Of a stretch of DNA of 64,000 nt, positions 13,205 through 26,341 are shown one piece after another. The position numbers and the translations under genes were made by a program. The stretch comes from Octopus sinensis. Lineage: Eukaryota. The stretch covers positions 35,774,001 through 35,838,000 of the forward strand of contig NC_043010.1 in assembly GCF_006345805.1 (NCBI RefSeq), read 5' to 3'. Each line of letters begins with the position of its first letter. The first letter of the stretch is position 1. Below the pieces are notes generated by a model. The model was given only the letters and a program-made list of their open reading frames with translations, had not been told where the DNA came from and did no database searches.

Positions 13205-14050
13205 TTCCAGATTAGCAATGAAAAGTTGAAATCAATTATTATTGGTGAGTCACAGAAGAAACAAGTCCAGTTGGAGGATGAAAATTCTGGAAATCGTGGA
13301 TTCGTTCACCTACTTGGGTTGTAGCATCGCCAATAATGGATAAGGCGGCGATCTGGTAGAAACGTTAGCACGCCGGGCGAGCCGTATTTCGTCTGCCGTT
13401 ACGTTCTAAGTTCAAATTCCGCCGAGGTCGACTTTGCCTTTCATCCTTTCGGGGTCGATTAAATAAGTACCAGTTACGCACTGGGGTCGATATAATCGAC
13501 TTAATCCGTTTGTCTGTCCTTGTTTGTCCCCCCTGTGTTTAGCCCCTTGTGGGTAGTAAAGAAATATAAATAATGGATATTCGGAAAGTGATGTGGAGAG
13601 AAGACTTAGCAAAGTTGCAGCTGTCTTCTAGCACCCGAAGCCTTTATGGTCTTAGCACTTCATTAAACAAGGCAACAAAAACTCCGTCTGTATACATCCA
13701 TTGTAATGTTGACAATACTTGTGAGACAAGGAAAAAGGCCAGCAGAATCTTTAGAACTAAGATGTCCACTATAGACGTTGCCGTAGGACCATACAAATAA
13801 TTTCTTAACCTAGCTACGTCATGAATAAAGAAGTCATGGGAAAAGCAAACTGTGCAACTTACGGCTTACCACCAGCGTAAGACGAGCGAAGATGCCGGAC
13901 CATGTGTTACGCGTACTCACGAAGAGATGAATGATAGCCTCTCTTGAGTGGAAGTTAAAGAATACACGTGGGAAGCAAAAGCGAACTTGCGAAGATCTGG
14001 TGGAGAACGTTAGAGGAGGACCTGGCAAATACAACCATGGTCTCGGAGCA
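13205..14050 (+). mobile_element. Decayed RTE-clade LINE 3' fragment, interrupted by a SINE
   Basis: Remnant peptides ILEIVDSFTYLGCSIANNG and LEWKLKNTRGKQKRTCEDLVENVR resemble the RTE ORF C-terminal region; multiple stops and frameshifts. Confidence 0.55.
13341..13568 (+). mobile_element. SINE family D (tail A) with target-site duplication
   Basis: Full head, core and tail; AATAATGGATA duplicated at 13332-13342 and 13569-13579. Confidence 0.9.
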
Positions 14051-14751
14051 TGCTCAAGACAGGTCTTGCAACTGTGCCGTATGGATATCTCTCGTCTTCC
14101 GATTCTCCTTATGAAGGATCGGGAGGAACTCGGATTATATGTGGTAGAATCATTAAACTTATGTACTTAAGCCCTTCAATCTCTATGGAACGTAGGCCAT
14201 CGACGACTTTTTTCCTCTGTTCTCGACTCTGGGCTGTATTTTTCTCTCTCAGGTCATGTTCGCTTTGAATTGCCATTGATATTTCTGGAACTTTGTTTTA
14301 TACTAGGTAGGAGCATTGACCCTACAAAAATCCATTTTTATTCCCGTCCAGTATGAAAAGATATGTCTTGCGCTCCACCGACACAACTCTGAGCGTCATC
14401 AAAACACACAAGCCACCATACCACAACAAGAACTGAAGCTTGTGGCGGAGAGTCGCGGAAAAAATGCTTTGCGATATTTATTCCGGCTGTATGTGCTCTG
14501 AGTTCAAATCCCATTGAGCCAGTTTCATCTTTCATTCTTTCGGGATCGATAAATACAGTTCCAGTCCAGAACAGGAGAGTGGATTGGCAGAATCGGTAGA
14601 GCATCGGTTGGAACACCTGGTGGTATCACTTCCTGCTTCTTGTATTCTGAATTGTGACGAGTCTAGACACGCCCTCTTGAGAAATGTTAGTGCAAGTACC
14701 CAAGTATTTCTTCATGGTATCACACCAGCTGGCAGGAGGGCGAAAGGGAGT

Positions 14752-14784
<33 letters not shown>

Positions 14785-15094
14785 AGAGACTCTGAGAAGA
14801 CTAAACCGTAAAAAATTACTAATATTATAAATTAGATAAAAAAGCTGATTTTATGTGATTTATTTTATGGGCTGTAGGGACGTATACTCGTAAAGGGCTA
14901 AAATCTGGTTCAGAAATATCCGCATGGAGAGAAAGCTAGTCCCTATTGAAACTAACTTCTCCGGATTTTCTTTTTTTAAAAGATGAAGTCAACAATTAAC
15001 AAAACTACTACTGTAGTAGTAGTAGTAGTAGCAGCAGCAGCAGCATTACAGCCACAGAAACATATCAATAACAACGACAACAGCTACTACTAAA

Positions 15095-15140
<46 letters not shown>

Positions 15141-15192
15141 GTAGCAGCATTACAACCACAGCAAACATCAATAACAACGATGACGACAACAG

Positions 15193-15235
<43 letters not shown>

Positions 15236-15376
15236 CTCAGCGACAACAATGACAACAACAACAACTAAAGATACCCAAACCTCACATTGTTAATCAGAGC
15301 AATGGCGGCGCGATGGTGATAGTAAAGGGGGGTGGTGGTAATGGCGGTGGTGGTGGTGGTGGTGGTGGTCGAACGT

Positions 15377-15490
15377 TCAACATGCACATTTACGTATTTT
15401 GTCGTCTTTTACTTTGAATGGAGGTGAGTCGTTCAATTCTGCTTTGGTTATCTCTTCTGGAATGGTTAAGTTCGGGTAATATTGCGACAT
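15377..15490 (-). CDS. Rab GTPase, proximal last exon (MSQYYPNLTIPEEITKAELNDSPPFKVKDDKIRKCAC*)
   Basis: Acceptor ctttctctatttacAG; phase 0; 37 codons ending in basic residues plus CXC and TGA. Confidence 0.85.
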   Translation of the reverse strand: MSQYYPNLTIPEEITKAELNDSPPFKVKDDKIRKCAC

Positions 15491-16539
15491 CTGTAAATAG
15501 AGAAAGCAACCGTAATTAAGAAGCGGTGACAACCACCATTAACAACTACAACAACAACAACAACAACAGCAGCAACAGCAACAAGAACAAGAACAACAAC
15601 AGCAACAGCAGCAGCAGCAACAAGAACAAGAACAAGAACAACAACAACAACAACAACAACACGACAATTCAACAAGAGCAAGAACAGCAACAGCAGCAGC
15701 AACAACAACAACAACAACAGCAACAACAACAACAACACGACAATTCAACAAGAGCAAGAACAGCAACAGCAGCAGCAGCAGCGGCGGCAGCAGCAGCAGC
15801 GGCAGCAGCAGCAGCCGCAGCTGTTCAAGAATTTGGACCTAGAGATCTCCATTTCCAGCGACTTGGAGGGCCACCTCCCAGTGGTGTCGGGCGTCAACGA
15901 AGAGCCCTCGACTACAACAAGACGACCAAAGTTTTTTTTTTTCCAAGGTCTGGGGTCTTCCGCCCCTAAGCCCTAGACCATCACCTAATCACCCTTACCA
16001 GTCCTGTTGCTTAACAACAACAATAACAGCGGCAGCAGCAGTGCTGTCATTAACAGCAACGTGCCAACGTAGGAGCCTTTAGGTTAAGAAGCGAGGAAGC
16101 CACCCTTTCTTCACCCGCATTCAAATGTAAAACTACCGATTGGTAAAGCCACTTGTTCCAGTCACTAGACTCCGGCCATGCTGGAGCACCACCTTTAGTC
16201 AAACAAATCGACTCCGGTACTTATTTTCTTTTTAAAGTCTGGAACTCATTCTATCGGTTTCTTTCGCCGAACTACTAAATTGTGGAGACGTAAAGAAACC
16301 GGGACTTGGTAACCAACGTTGGTTTGTTTACGCTCCTGTAACTTAGCAGTTCTGTAAAAGAGACCGATAGAAATTGGTACCACACTTTAAAAATTAAATA
16401 ATGGGGTCAGTTTGTTCGACTAAAGATTCTTCAAGGTTGTGCCCCTGAATGGCCGCAGTCTACTGACTGAAATAACTAAAAGATGAAAGATAAAAGATAG
16501 TTCTGAAGGCTGTGCATCTAGTTGCTGTTCAGTTTACTA

Positions 16540-17831
16540 CGAGGGGCGTTCAATAAGTAATGCCTCTGACCCACTTGCCGTTGATTGATCTAGCTGAGAT
16601 TTTGCATGTGTAATTATTTATATCTCTATAGATTAAGTGGCAAATTACAGCTCCGAACTAATAGTGGTTTCTGATTTACATGTGTTTGAAATGAGTCAAG
16701 TGGGAAATGGAGCCTGTTGAGTGTCGAGAAGTGATCCGGTGTTTGTATTTGAAATGACGCACACCACAAGAGACTTTTGATGAAATGAAAATAACTTATG
16801 GTGATGATGCCCCATCATATGACCTTGTAAAACGCTGGCATCGTGAATTCAAACATGGTCGGAACTCTGTGGAAACAGCTCCCAGATCTGGTCGCACCCC
16901 TTCTGCCATTGATGAGGCATCTGTCCGTCAAGTTGAGGCTGCCATTTTGGAAGATGGACGCATAACTATTCGCCAAATAGCCCATGAGGTCAAGATTCGT
17001 ACCGGGTCTGTGGAAACTATCATTCATGACCATTTGCATATGCAAAAGGTGTCTGCCAGAGGGATTCCCAGGTTGCTCACACTTTTCCTGAAGCAAGAAC
17101 GCGTCGAGTGCTCGAGGATGAATTTAGGGATGTGCCAAGAAGATGAGTCAAAATTTTTCAAAAGACTGATTACACAGGATGCGACCTGGGTCCTTCACCA
17201 TGATCCAGAGACCAAAGCCCAGTCAATGCAGTGGAAGCACCATGACTCACCTCCTCCAAAGAAGGCAAGGGTGCAGCCCTCCGCTGGCAAGGTCATGCTC
17301 ACAGTCTTCTGGGACCAGGACGGAGTAGTGATGACAGATTTCCTGGCAAAGGGTACCACAATTACAGGAGCCTATCATGCTTCACTTTTGAGGAAATTAA
17401 GAGAAGCTATCAAAACAAAGAGGCGGGGCAAGATCAGCAAAGGCATCCTCCTCCTGCAGGACAACGCTCCGGTCCACAACTCGCGTGTCGCCAGATCAGA
17501 AGCACAGGCGTGCGGCTATGAACACTTCCCCCATCCCCCTACTCTCCTGACATTGCACCCTCTGATTTTCACCTCTTCCCAGCCATGAAGTTGTTTTTGA
17601 AAGGAAAACGTTTCCCAGGTGATGCAGCCTTGATTTCTGAAGTCACGTCGTGGTTGGAGGACCAAGCTGGGGTCTTCTATGAAAACGGTCTCCAGAGCTG
17701 TATCAAATGATGGGAGAAATGCGTAACTCTGGGTTGTTCCTATGCTGAAAAAGACTAATACCTGTGCCAAGTTTCGTTGCTCTACTGCTATGGGAAGTGG
17801 GTCAGGGGCATTACTTATTGAACGCCCCTCG
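16540..17831 (+). mobile_element. Full-length mariner transposon (irritans-like TIR), 1292 bp
   Basis: 37-bp TIRs CGAGGGGCGTTCAATAAGTAATGCCYCTGACCCACTT with one mismatch; TA on both sides. Confidence 0.95.
16707..17758 (+). pseudogene. Mariner DD34D transposase, disabled
   Basis: ATG at 16707, in-frame TGA near 16755, motifs ITQDATW, LQDNAPVH and YSPDIAPSD; frameshift near 17540 and a second stop near 17708. Confidence 0.9.
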
Positions 17832-18399
17832 TATGTATGTAGTATAAAGCGGTGCCGCTTTCTTTATAATAAAGATTTTCTAACATAGGCATAAGACCGG
17901 AGGTGGACAGTCGATTGTACTAACCCTAGTACTCGCCAGCGATGCCCAGGAGAAAAAACAAAACAAAAACAAAGTCACCCTTGATAGGATTTGAACTTAA
18001 AATGTAAAGGCCCGAAGCTAAATGCTGCAAATTAGTATGCCCGACGCTTCGACGGTTCTCTTAAGGTAGATCGAAGTGTAGCATGACATTCGAACTGGTT
18101 TCTTTGTGTTAAGTACCTCAGTTGTTTTGGATTGCCTTCCATAGTTTGAGTTTGCTTAAATCGTAGCGTAACGCTCGAACTTATTGCATTATGTTAACTA
18201 TTTCGATTATATTTTCAGTTACCTTCCATAGTTTTAGGAGGTTTAAATGTTTAGAGCATAGTCTTATTTCTCGAACACGTTCTATCTTGTTAAGTTTGTC
18301 GATGAAGTTTCCGATTGTCTTCCATAGTTTTAGGTTGTTTAAATGCTTAAGACGTAGTGTAACTCAACTCTCTAACTCGTAGTTTCAGTTCGTTTAAAT

Positions 18400-18825
18400 C
18401 GAAGGACGGTTGATAAGAAAAATTGTTAAAGAGTTGGAAAAATACTTTGCGGTATTTGTTCTTGTTCTTTATGTTCTGAGCTCAAATCTCACCGCTGTCA
18501 ACTTGTCTTTTCATCTTATCGGGGTCGATAAAGTATCAATCAAGTACAGGAGTCGATGGTATCAGCTAACTTCTCTCCTCAATTTTTTTGCCTTACTTCT
18601 AAATCGGAAAACTTAGCGGTGAGCTAGTGGAAGCGTTAAAACATCTGAAAAATTGCGGTATTTTTCCGGTTCTTTACGTTCTGAGTTCAAGTCTCGCCGA
18701 AGTCAACTTTTCCTTTTAACCTTTCGAGAGTCTATAAAATGAAATACCAAACAAATACTGGGCCGATGCTATCAACTAACCCGTTCTCCTCACAGTTGCT
18801 GACTTTGTGCCTAAATTAGAAGCAA
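18400..18825 (+). mobile_element. Two degenerate SINE family D copies
   Basis: Diverged match to the core CTTTCATC..CGGGGTCGATAAA and to tail B. Confidence 0.6.
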
Positions 18826-19775
18826 TTAGTTTAAACACGCGATGTTCCCTTACGGGCAGTTAATATAAGGGAGATAATAATAATTTCTTCATAATATTTG
18901 GCGGGATTACAAGCTTGAATTTGAAATTTGCAATAAGGTAAAAGATGTATAGAATACACATATCTAATTTTGTTGGTGTTGCTTATTGCAGAGTTCTTAA
19001 AATTTCTAGTCAGTGATATCCATGTATAGTACCATTTCATTCTTTTTAGAAGTCGTCAGCATGGTATAACCTGAGATATATTAATTAATCCTTTTTTGAA
19101 GTGAAACATTTCTTTTAGATGGAAAATAATTAGTCCGGAAGAAATGCAGACTAAGTTTCTACTTCAAAGAACGTTTAACAATGGAGAGAGAAGGAAGTTC
19201 TTCGTGTCTGCATACAGGTTAACTGTATCATGCATTTTGATTATGCTTTTGAATTCTTTTCATAGCTAGGATTGTTTAAAGCATATCACTTGAACATACA
19301 TTGTGATAAGAACGATCAATAATATTACATAGATATTTTCTTGCAATTTGTATCTTAAACACAAGATCATGAATTTGGGGTAAATAGGTATAATCGATAA
19401 TATCGATCTTATAATCTGACTGGTGCAATATATTGTCAACTTCGGAAGAATGAAAAGCAAAGTCACACTCAGTGGGACTTGAACTCAGAACGTGACGGTT
19501 CCTATAGAAATAATGACTTCTAATGACAGAAATTTTGTTTGGGGTGGGTGTGTGCAGCCGATTCTGTCGAGTCTTAGTGCCTGACTGATACTTTATTTTA
19601 TTGAAACCGGTAGGATGAAGGGCAAAACTGAACTCGGTTTGAATTTGAATTCAGGAGATAACACGATCGAACTGCCGGCCAATCATATATTTCCAAATTC
19701 AAATTAAAAAATTTAAAGTAACAAAGGTGATATAGTGGGTGGGTTGTAGGAAAATCAGAAATGAGTAGTACTTAC

Positions 19776-19895
19776 CAACTGGGGATTGCAAATGTCTGTG
19801 ATGTGGTATGCCAAACGTTCAAAGACTAGCTGTACGTTTTCACCGGTTTTGGCACTTGTTTCAAAGAACTCAAACGCCATTTCTCTCGCGGCTAA
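19776..19895 (-). CDS. Rab GTPase exon with G5 motif (LAAREMAFEFFETSAKTGENVQLVFERLAYHITDICNPQL)
   Basis: catttcAG acceptor, GTAAGT donor, 120 nt in phase 0; ETSAK motif. Confidence 0.95.
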
Positions 19896-20307
19896 CTGAA
19901 ATGATAATAATAATAATAACAACAACAACACAACAACAACAATAATAATAATGAGTTTAAATGCTTGTCACAAAGGCAGTTTGTGGGGAGGGGATTAAGT
20001 CGATTACATCGACCCCAGTGTGTAACAGTGGAATTTGAACTCAGAACGTAGCGGCAGACGAAATACAAACCTTATTCAGGGACCTTTTGAGCGGGATGAA
20101 ATATTCAACCAGAAGAAAATTCTTACTGGGCCTCACCTGCAAAATCATGCGCTGTTTATCTTGATATAAGATCACCATGTCACGCATATATGGTTGTGAT
20201 GCATGTGCCTAGCGTACTCTTATCGGACGGATAGTCATGATGGGTATATTGGGCTTCGTATATTTGTACATCAGTGTCACTTTGATGGCATGTGCTGTTC
20301 TCTCATT

Positions 20308-20366
<59 letters not shown>

Positions 20367-20382
20367 ATAATAATAATAATAA

Positions 20383-20597
20383 TGCTTTCTATTGAAGGCA
20401 CAAGGCCTGAAATATTGGGGGAGAGAACTAGTCGATTACATCGACCCCAGTGTTTCACTAGTACTTAATTTATCGACTCGAAAGGATGAAAAGTAAAGTT
20501 GACCTCGACGGAATTTGAACTCAGAATATAGCGAAGGGCGAAATGCTGCTAAGCATTTTGTCCGGCGTGCTAACGATTCTGCCAGCTCGCTGCCTTA
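20383..20597 (-). mobile_element. SINE family D (tail B) between (AAT)n and (AAC)n
   Basis: Full head, core and tail match. Confidence 0.85.
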
Positions 20598-20630
20598 ACA
20601 ACAACAACAACAACAGCAACAACGACGACG

Positions 20631-20668
<38 letters not shown>

Positions 20669-21094
20669 TTCTAACATAGGCACAAACCCATAAATTCGCG
20701 ATGGCGTGTTAGTTGATTAAATCGACCATAGTATTTGAATAGTACTTTATTTTGTCGATTTAAAAAGAATCTGGTTCGGTGGGATTTCAGATCAGAACGT
20801 ACAGAACCGGAAAAATAATCGTAATGCCTTTTGTCCGATGCTTTAAGTGTTCTGCCAATCTTCCTATTTTTATTAATTATAATAATAATGATTTTTTTCT
20901 TAAGGTACAAGGGCAGACATTAGGTGAAGGAGTGCAGTCAATATGGTTGAACCCCAGTACTTGACCATTCACTAATTTGTAGAAGGAGGAGGAGGAGGAG
21001 GAGGAGGAGAAGAAGAAGAAGAAGGAGAAGAAGAAGAAGAAGAAGAAGAAGAAAGAGGAGGAGGAGGAGGAGGAGGAGGAGGAGAAAAAAAAGC

Positions 21095-21358
21095 GGCCCC
21101 CTTTGGTCAGGAATGGCTATGGGATTGCACCAAGCTACATGTCCGGGCAAGGTTGTTTATGGAAGACCAGCAGTCGCCCGTGCATACCAATCTCTCCTCT
21201 CCACGCCACCAGTGTTATCCAAGAGAAAGGCAAAGACCGATACAACTTAGCACCAGTGACGTCGCAACTTATTTCTACAGCTGAGTGAACTGGAGCCACG
21301 TGAAATAAAGCGTCTTGTTCAAGAACACAACACACGGCCCGGTCCGAGATTCGAACTC
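21095..21358 (-). mobile_element. SINE family C with tail Z, 5'-truncated
   Basis: Match to 26340-26670 and 37936-38268. Confidence 0.8.
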
Positions 21359-21479
21359 TCTCTCTCAATATATATGCGTGTGAAGGCGCATGGCTCAGTG
21401 GTTAGAGCGTCAGGCTCACCTGTTGTAAATTTCTCCAATTATTATGTCATTTAGTTTGTTTCTTTCATCAGATACATAC

Positions 21480-21587
21480 CTTTTTGCCCTTGCTGGTAGA
21501 AACTTTAATTCGGTCTTTCAGATCAATTTTATTGCCAATCAGTACGATGGGTACTGGTTCCAAGTGATTATGACTGTGTGATATTTC
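21480..21587 (-). CDS. Rab GTPase exon with G4 motif (EISHSHNHLEPVPIVLIGNKIDLKDRIKVSTSKGKK)
   Basis: ttctctctgtAG acceptor, GTATGT donor, 108 nt in phase 0; GNKID motif. Confidence 0.95.
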
Positions 21588-21732
21588 CTACAGAGAGAAA
21601 AAGAAAATTGAAATAACAGATTAGATCGATTATTGACTTTTAAAATTGATAGAAGAATACAGTCGACTTAATCATGCTCACTTGTTGAGTGGTACACATT
21701 TTATCGGTCTCAGAGAAATGAAAAACAAAGTT

Positions 21733-22302
21733 GGCAAGACTTCCGCCACTCCCAAAACCACCCGTAAAAAATTTTTTTCGACACAAAACCACCCCCTTTT
21801 CGGCTACAGGGAATACAAATCTGCAAAAGAAAAAAAAAAAAAAAAAAAGGAAAAACCCGACATTTCAAAAATTACCTTTCAACCCCCATTTCTTTCATTT
21901 TAAACCTTTTTGACAATTTTTCCCCCAAAATATGCGGCAAAATACGGAAATTATAATTCTGAAAAAAAAAGAATGTCCAAAAATCTTTGTAAAATTTTTT
22001 TAAAAGAATTTTTCTTTTTTTTTTTTAAATATGCGGAAAAATATGGACATCATGATTCGAACAAAAATTTCAAAACATTTCTGTACTTATGGTTACGATT
22101 TTAGGGTTAGGGTTAGGGTTTTAGGGTTATTGTTGGGGAAAAAAGTCAAAATTGAAGAAATTAGGGGGTGGAGGGGAAATTTCACAATGCCGATTTTTGG
22201 CAATTTTCCGGAACCTCCGTATCCGAAAAAAAATTACAAAAAATTGGCAAAAAAAAATTACAGAGAAAATGGGGGATTGGTGGGGTGGGCGGAAGTCTTT
22301 CC
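21733..22302. mobile_element. Non-autonomous TIR element with 8-bp TSD (Merlin-like termini) carrying TTAGGG repeats
   Basis: TIRs GGCAAGACTTCCGCC and GGCGGAAGTCTTTCC; ACAAAGTT at 21725-21732 and 22303-22310; splits a degenerate SINE D core; TTAGGG run at 22101-22129. Confidence 0.8.
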
Positions 22303-22834
22303 ACAAAGTTAACCACCGTGGGACTTGGACTCAATATACAAAGGAACATAACTAAATACTGAAAAGACTTTTGTCCGGCACTCTACCGAATTTTGCCACC
22401 TCTACCCTTAATATTACTCTCTAATATGGACACATGACCATACATTTCGTGGGTGGAGAAAGAAAAGGAGAGAAAATTACAGGTGATAATCATATATTCA
22501 TACTAAACTGTAAACAGACGATAGAATGGAACTTGATTAATGACAGCCAGTGTCACGAACTCAACCTCAAACGGTATTTAAACAATAGACGTATGTATCT
22601 GTAAATTCAACAAGAAAGAAAAGGAAAAAAAAACCTTTCCTAGGTCTCTAAAAACTTGGCCATTAGCACACTTTCAAACAGTTGCAGTAAAACTATGTCA
22701 GCAATTAGATTACGGAGGTGGAAAGGAAATTATGACATCTCAAAGTATAAATGAAAAGAATTTCTCTTTTATTATATACAAAATTACAGGTTTATATATA
22801 CGAGTGTGTGCGTGTGTATGTGTATTCTTTTATT

Positions 22835-23095
22835 TTTTTTACTTGTTTCAGTCATTTGATTGCGGCCAAACCGACCCAAGAACTTATTCTTTGTTAACCT
22901 AGTACTTATTCTATTGGTCTCTTTGCTGAACCGCTATGCTATGGGAACGTAAACACACCAGCATCGGTTTCCAAGCGATGGTGGAGCGGGCAAACACAGA
23001 TACACACACATATATATACACGACGGGCTTCTTTCAGTTTCCATCTACCAAATCCACAAGACTTTGGAAGGTCCGAGGCTATAGGTGCCATGCAG
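22835..23095 (-). mobile_element. SINE family A, degenerate
   Basis: Partial reverse-complement match to 2923-3325. Confidence 0.7.
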
Positions 23096-23512
23096 TGTGT
23101 GTGAGGGTGTGTGTGTGTATGAGTGTGTGTGTGTATGAGTATGTGTACGCGCATGCATGTATATGTATGCTTTACATAGAGTATGTATCTGAGCGCGTAC
23201 GGTTTCCTTTGTGTGTAAATTCTCTCTTTCCTTCCTTCTCCCTCTGTCTGTCTGTCTGCCTGCCTCCCCCCCCTTCTCTCTCTCTCTCTATCTATCTATC
23301 TATCAATCAATCAATCAAATGTACTGTTCCGTTATTGCTGGGATCAACAAGAAGAGCACTCCAGCTTTTGAGAGATAAATATGATTTAATATACACAGGA
23401 TTTAAATGCGAGCTACTATTAGTTTTAAGCCTTTGAAAATACAACGGTAGTTTAGTATGCTGCGTATTTCCAAGCAGTCGTTGAAACTCAAAATACAACA
23501 TAGCTGTTCTTT

Positions 23513-23777
23513 GTAACCAGGCTATCAGATGTTGCTACCCATCGCTGGTCAAATGACGCCACCACGCTGGCTAAGCGAGCAGGCCAACAGAAGAAAGAGT
23601 GAGAGAAAGTTGTGGCCAAAGAGTACAGCAGGGATCGCCACCACCCGCTGCCGGAGCCTCGTGGAGCTTTAGGTGTTTTCGCTCAATAAACACTCATAAC
23701 GTCCGGTCAGGGAATCGAAACCGCGATCCTACGACCGCGAGTCCGCTGCCCTAACCACTGGGCCATTGCGCCTCCAC
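23513..23777 (-). mobile_element. SINE family B head with tail Y
   Basis: Head as at 4032; different 3' half ending GACCAGCGATGGGTAGCAACATCTGATAGCCTGG. Confidence 0.8.
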
Positions 23778-25092
23778 CAAATAAATAAATAAATAAAATA
23801 AATAAATAAATAAATAAATAAATAAAAAGAAAGAGCGCGAAAGGACGAGAGGTAAAAAGAAAAGAGAAGTAGGATGAGAAAAAAAATTGAAAAAAGAAGA
23901 AATGGTAGACACAGTAGCGCCTCTCGAGAATGGAGTAAAGGGATTCAACTTTTGTTTAACAGAAAGATTTCCCAAGACTACCATTCAATACTGACTCTAA
24001 TACATGATATGAATTTAAACATTTCTACGCATTCGAAACACAACATACAGAAAAAACAAACAAAAACGATTATTAAAGTATACTTTATAAAATGCAAGCA
24101 TTTGAAACTGTGTCAATAAAATATTGGTAATGAAATGCAAGCATAGACACACACATACTCACACACACAATAAATTGATAAATAAATATACATACATAAC
24201 ATACATAGGCGTACACACACATAAACACGCACGTATATATATAATCACACATTCACATAAAATATACAGAAGCGATTCTTGGAAAAGAAGAAGAAAGAAT
24301 GAGGAAGGGAAGAAGGAGCGGAATAAGAAGAAATAAACAGAAAAGAATGTATGTAGAAACAAAAGAAGGAAGAGAAAGGAATCATTGTACGAAAATAAGA
24401 CACAAAAGAAAGCTATAAAAAAAACGACAGAGTACGAAAAGAAAGAAATGTAAGCAATAAAGTTGAAAAATAAAGCAAAAAAGAAAAAAAACTCGGATGA
24501 AACAAAGAAGATTACGAAATAAAGAAAACTTAAGGATATAAGAAAAATAATAAAGAACTCATTATTTTATAAGCAATTAAAATAAATGAACTAATATTAA
24601 ATGAGAAAAAAATAATGAGGCTACATAAATACGAAACATTGTCATCAAGGCAGCTATAAAATCCTTTAACAAAAGCACAATGAGTAAAATTTATAAAGAA
24701 AACGCGGATAGAGCCGTTTATCATTAGTATTATGAAAAGCGCGAAATGGCTGAGTTGATATTGTACTGTGTTGGTACCTATTTTATCGACTAAGGGAAGA
24801 TAAAAACCGAAGTCGACTTTGAAGGGGTTACTATTTCTGTCAGTATCTCTCCATTAACATCGTTAATGATTTCTAGCATTGGTCCAAGTCCGGGGATTTG
24901 CAACAGAGAAGTATAAATACTTACCCGGTTCTAATTTATCGACCCAAAAAGGATGAAATGCAAAGTTTATCCTGGCATGATCTGGGCCCATGAAGTATCG
25001 GTGTGCAGCAACGAAATACTGTTTCTTCCCACTTTTAATTGCAACAGTATATGAAACGAGCGAACGAGGGCAATCATTATCTTTACAATTAT

Positions 25093-25490
25093 TAAGGCGG
25101 CGAGCTGGCAGAAACGTTAGCACGCCGTGCGAAATGCTTCGCTGTATTTCGCCTGCCGTTACGTTCTGAGTTCAAATTCCGCCGAGGTCGACTTTGCCGT
25201 TCATCCTTTCGGGGTCGATTAAATAAGTACCAGTCACGCACTGGGGTCGATATAATCGACTTAATCCGTTTGTCTGTCCTTGTTTGTCCCCTCTGTGTTT
25301 AGCCCCTTGTGCGTAGTAAATAAATAGGTATTTCGTCCGTCATCACCTTCTCAGTTCAAATTCCACCGAGGTCGACTGTGCCTTCCATCTTCCAGAGTCG
25401 ATAAAATAAAAGGACCAGTTACGCACTGGGGTCTATGTAATCGACTAGCCCCACTCCTCCTCCAAAAGTTTCAGGTAGAAAGGATTATTA
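25093..25490 (+). mobile_element. Dimeric SINE D (head-core-tail A, then headless core-tail B) with a single TSD
   Basis: TTACAATTATTAA at 25083-25095 and 25491-25503 flanks both units. Confidence 0.85.
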
Positions 25491-26167
25491 TTACAATTAT
25501 TAAATAGAGATACTTTACGACATAGTATATGAATATGAATTTACACAAAGCCAAAACGTTTGTTACACAACATCTTCACTTCTGAAACATCAATAAACGT
25601 ATGGAACAACAAATAACTTACCTTTCGAGCAATCTTTAGCGTTTTAAAGGAAAACAAAAACAAACATTAAATATTAAACATTAAACTGTCATGTCGGACA
25701 CCTTCTGTTATTTTTTCTCTTTTTTTTTGTGTGTGAGTAAACTTCAAATTGAAATCAATAAAAATAAGTGAATGATAATTTGTATTGCCAGAGTCACAAA
25801 GCGAGTTCAGTTTTTCCCCCTCTGATATTTCTTCTTCATTCATTCTCTCTTTCTTTTTTAAATATAAATTCGCTTATATACATATTTTAATTTCATATCG
25901 ATGAGACTGAAGAGTTAGGGAAAATGAAATTAGTATCGATGAGTTCGGTGAATTTATTTCGCATTGTGAAATTCGAACTCGAATTGAAGTTTAAGATGCG
26001 AAAAGGAAACCGAAAACAAACTGATATTTGAATACGGTGTTTTGTTTGTTGACCTTCGATAACAGTGTTATTTTCGTATATATATATATACATATGCATA
26101 TGTGTGTGTGTGTGTATATACATGTATATATATAATGATATACATATATTTAGACATACATAAATAC

Positions 26168-26203
<36 letters not shown>

Positions 26204-26291
26204 CACCTCTCTATTTTCTCTCTCTCTTCTTCTCTGCTTCCCTGTGTGTCCGTCTGTCTCTCTATACGCAAACACACACACACACACACAT

Positions 26292-26339
<48 letters not shown>

Positions 26340-26341
<2 letters not shown>

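Noticed and set aside
15526-15969. 147-aa poly-N/Q/A ORF
   Set aside because: Trinucleotide repeats with a small local duplication inside the Rab intron, on the opposite strand
22101-22129. Telomere
   Set aside because: Only 3-4 units, internal to a TIR element
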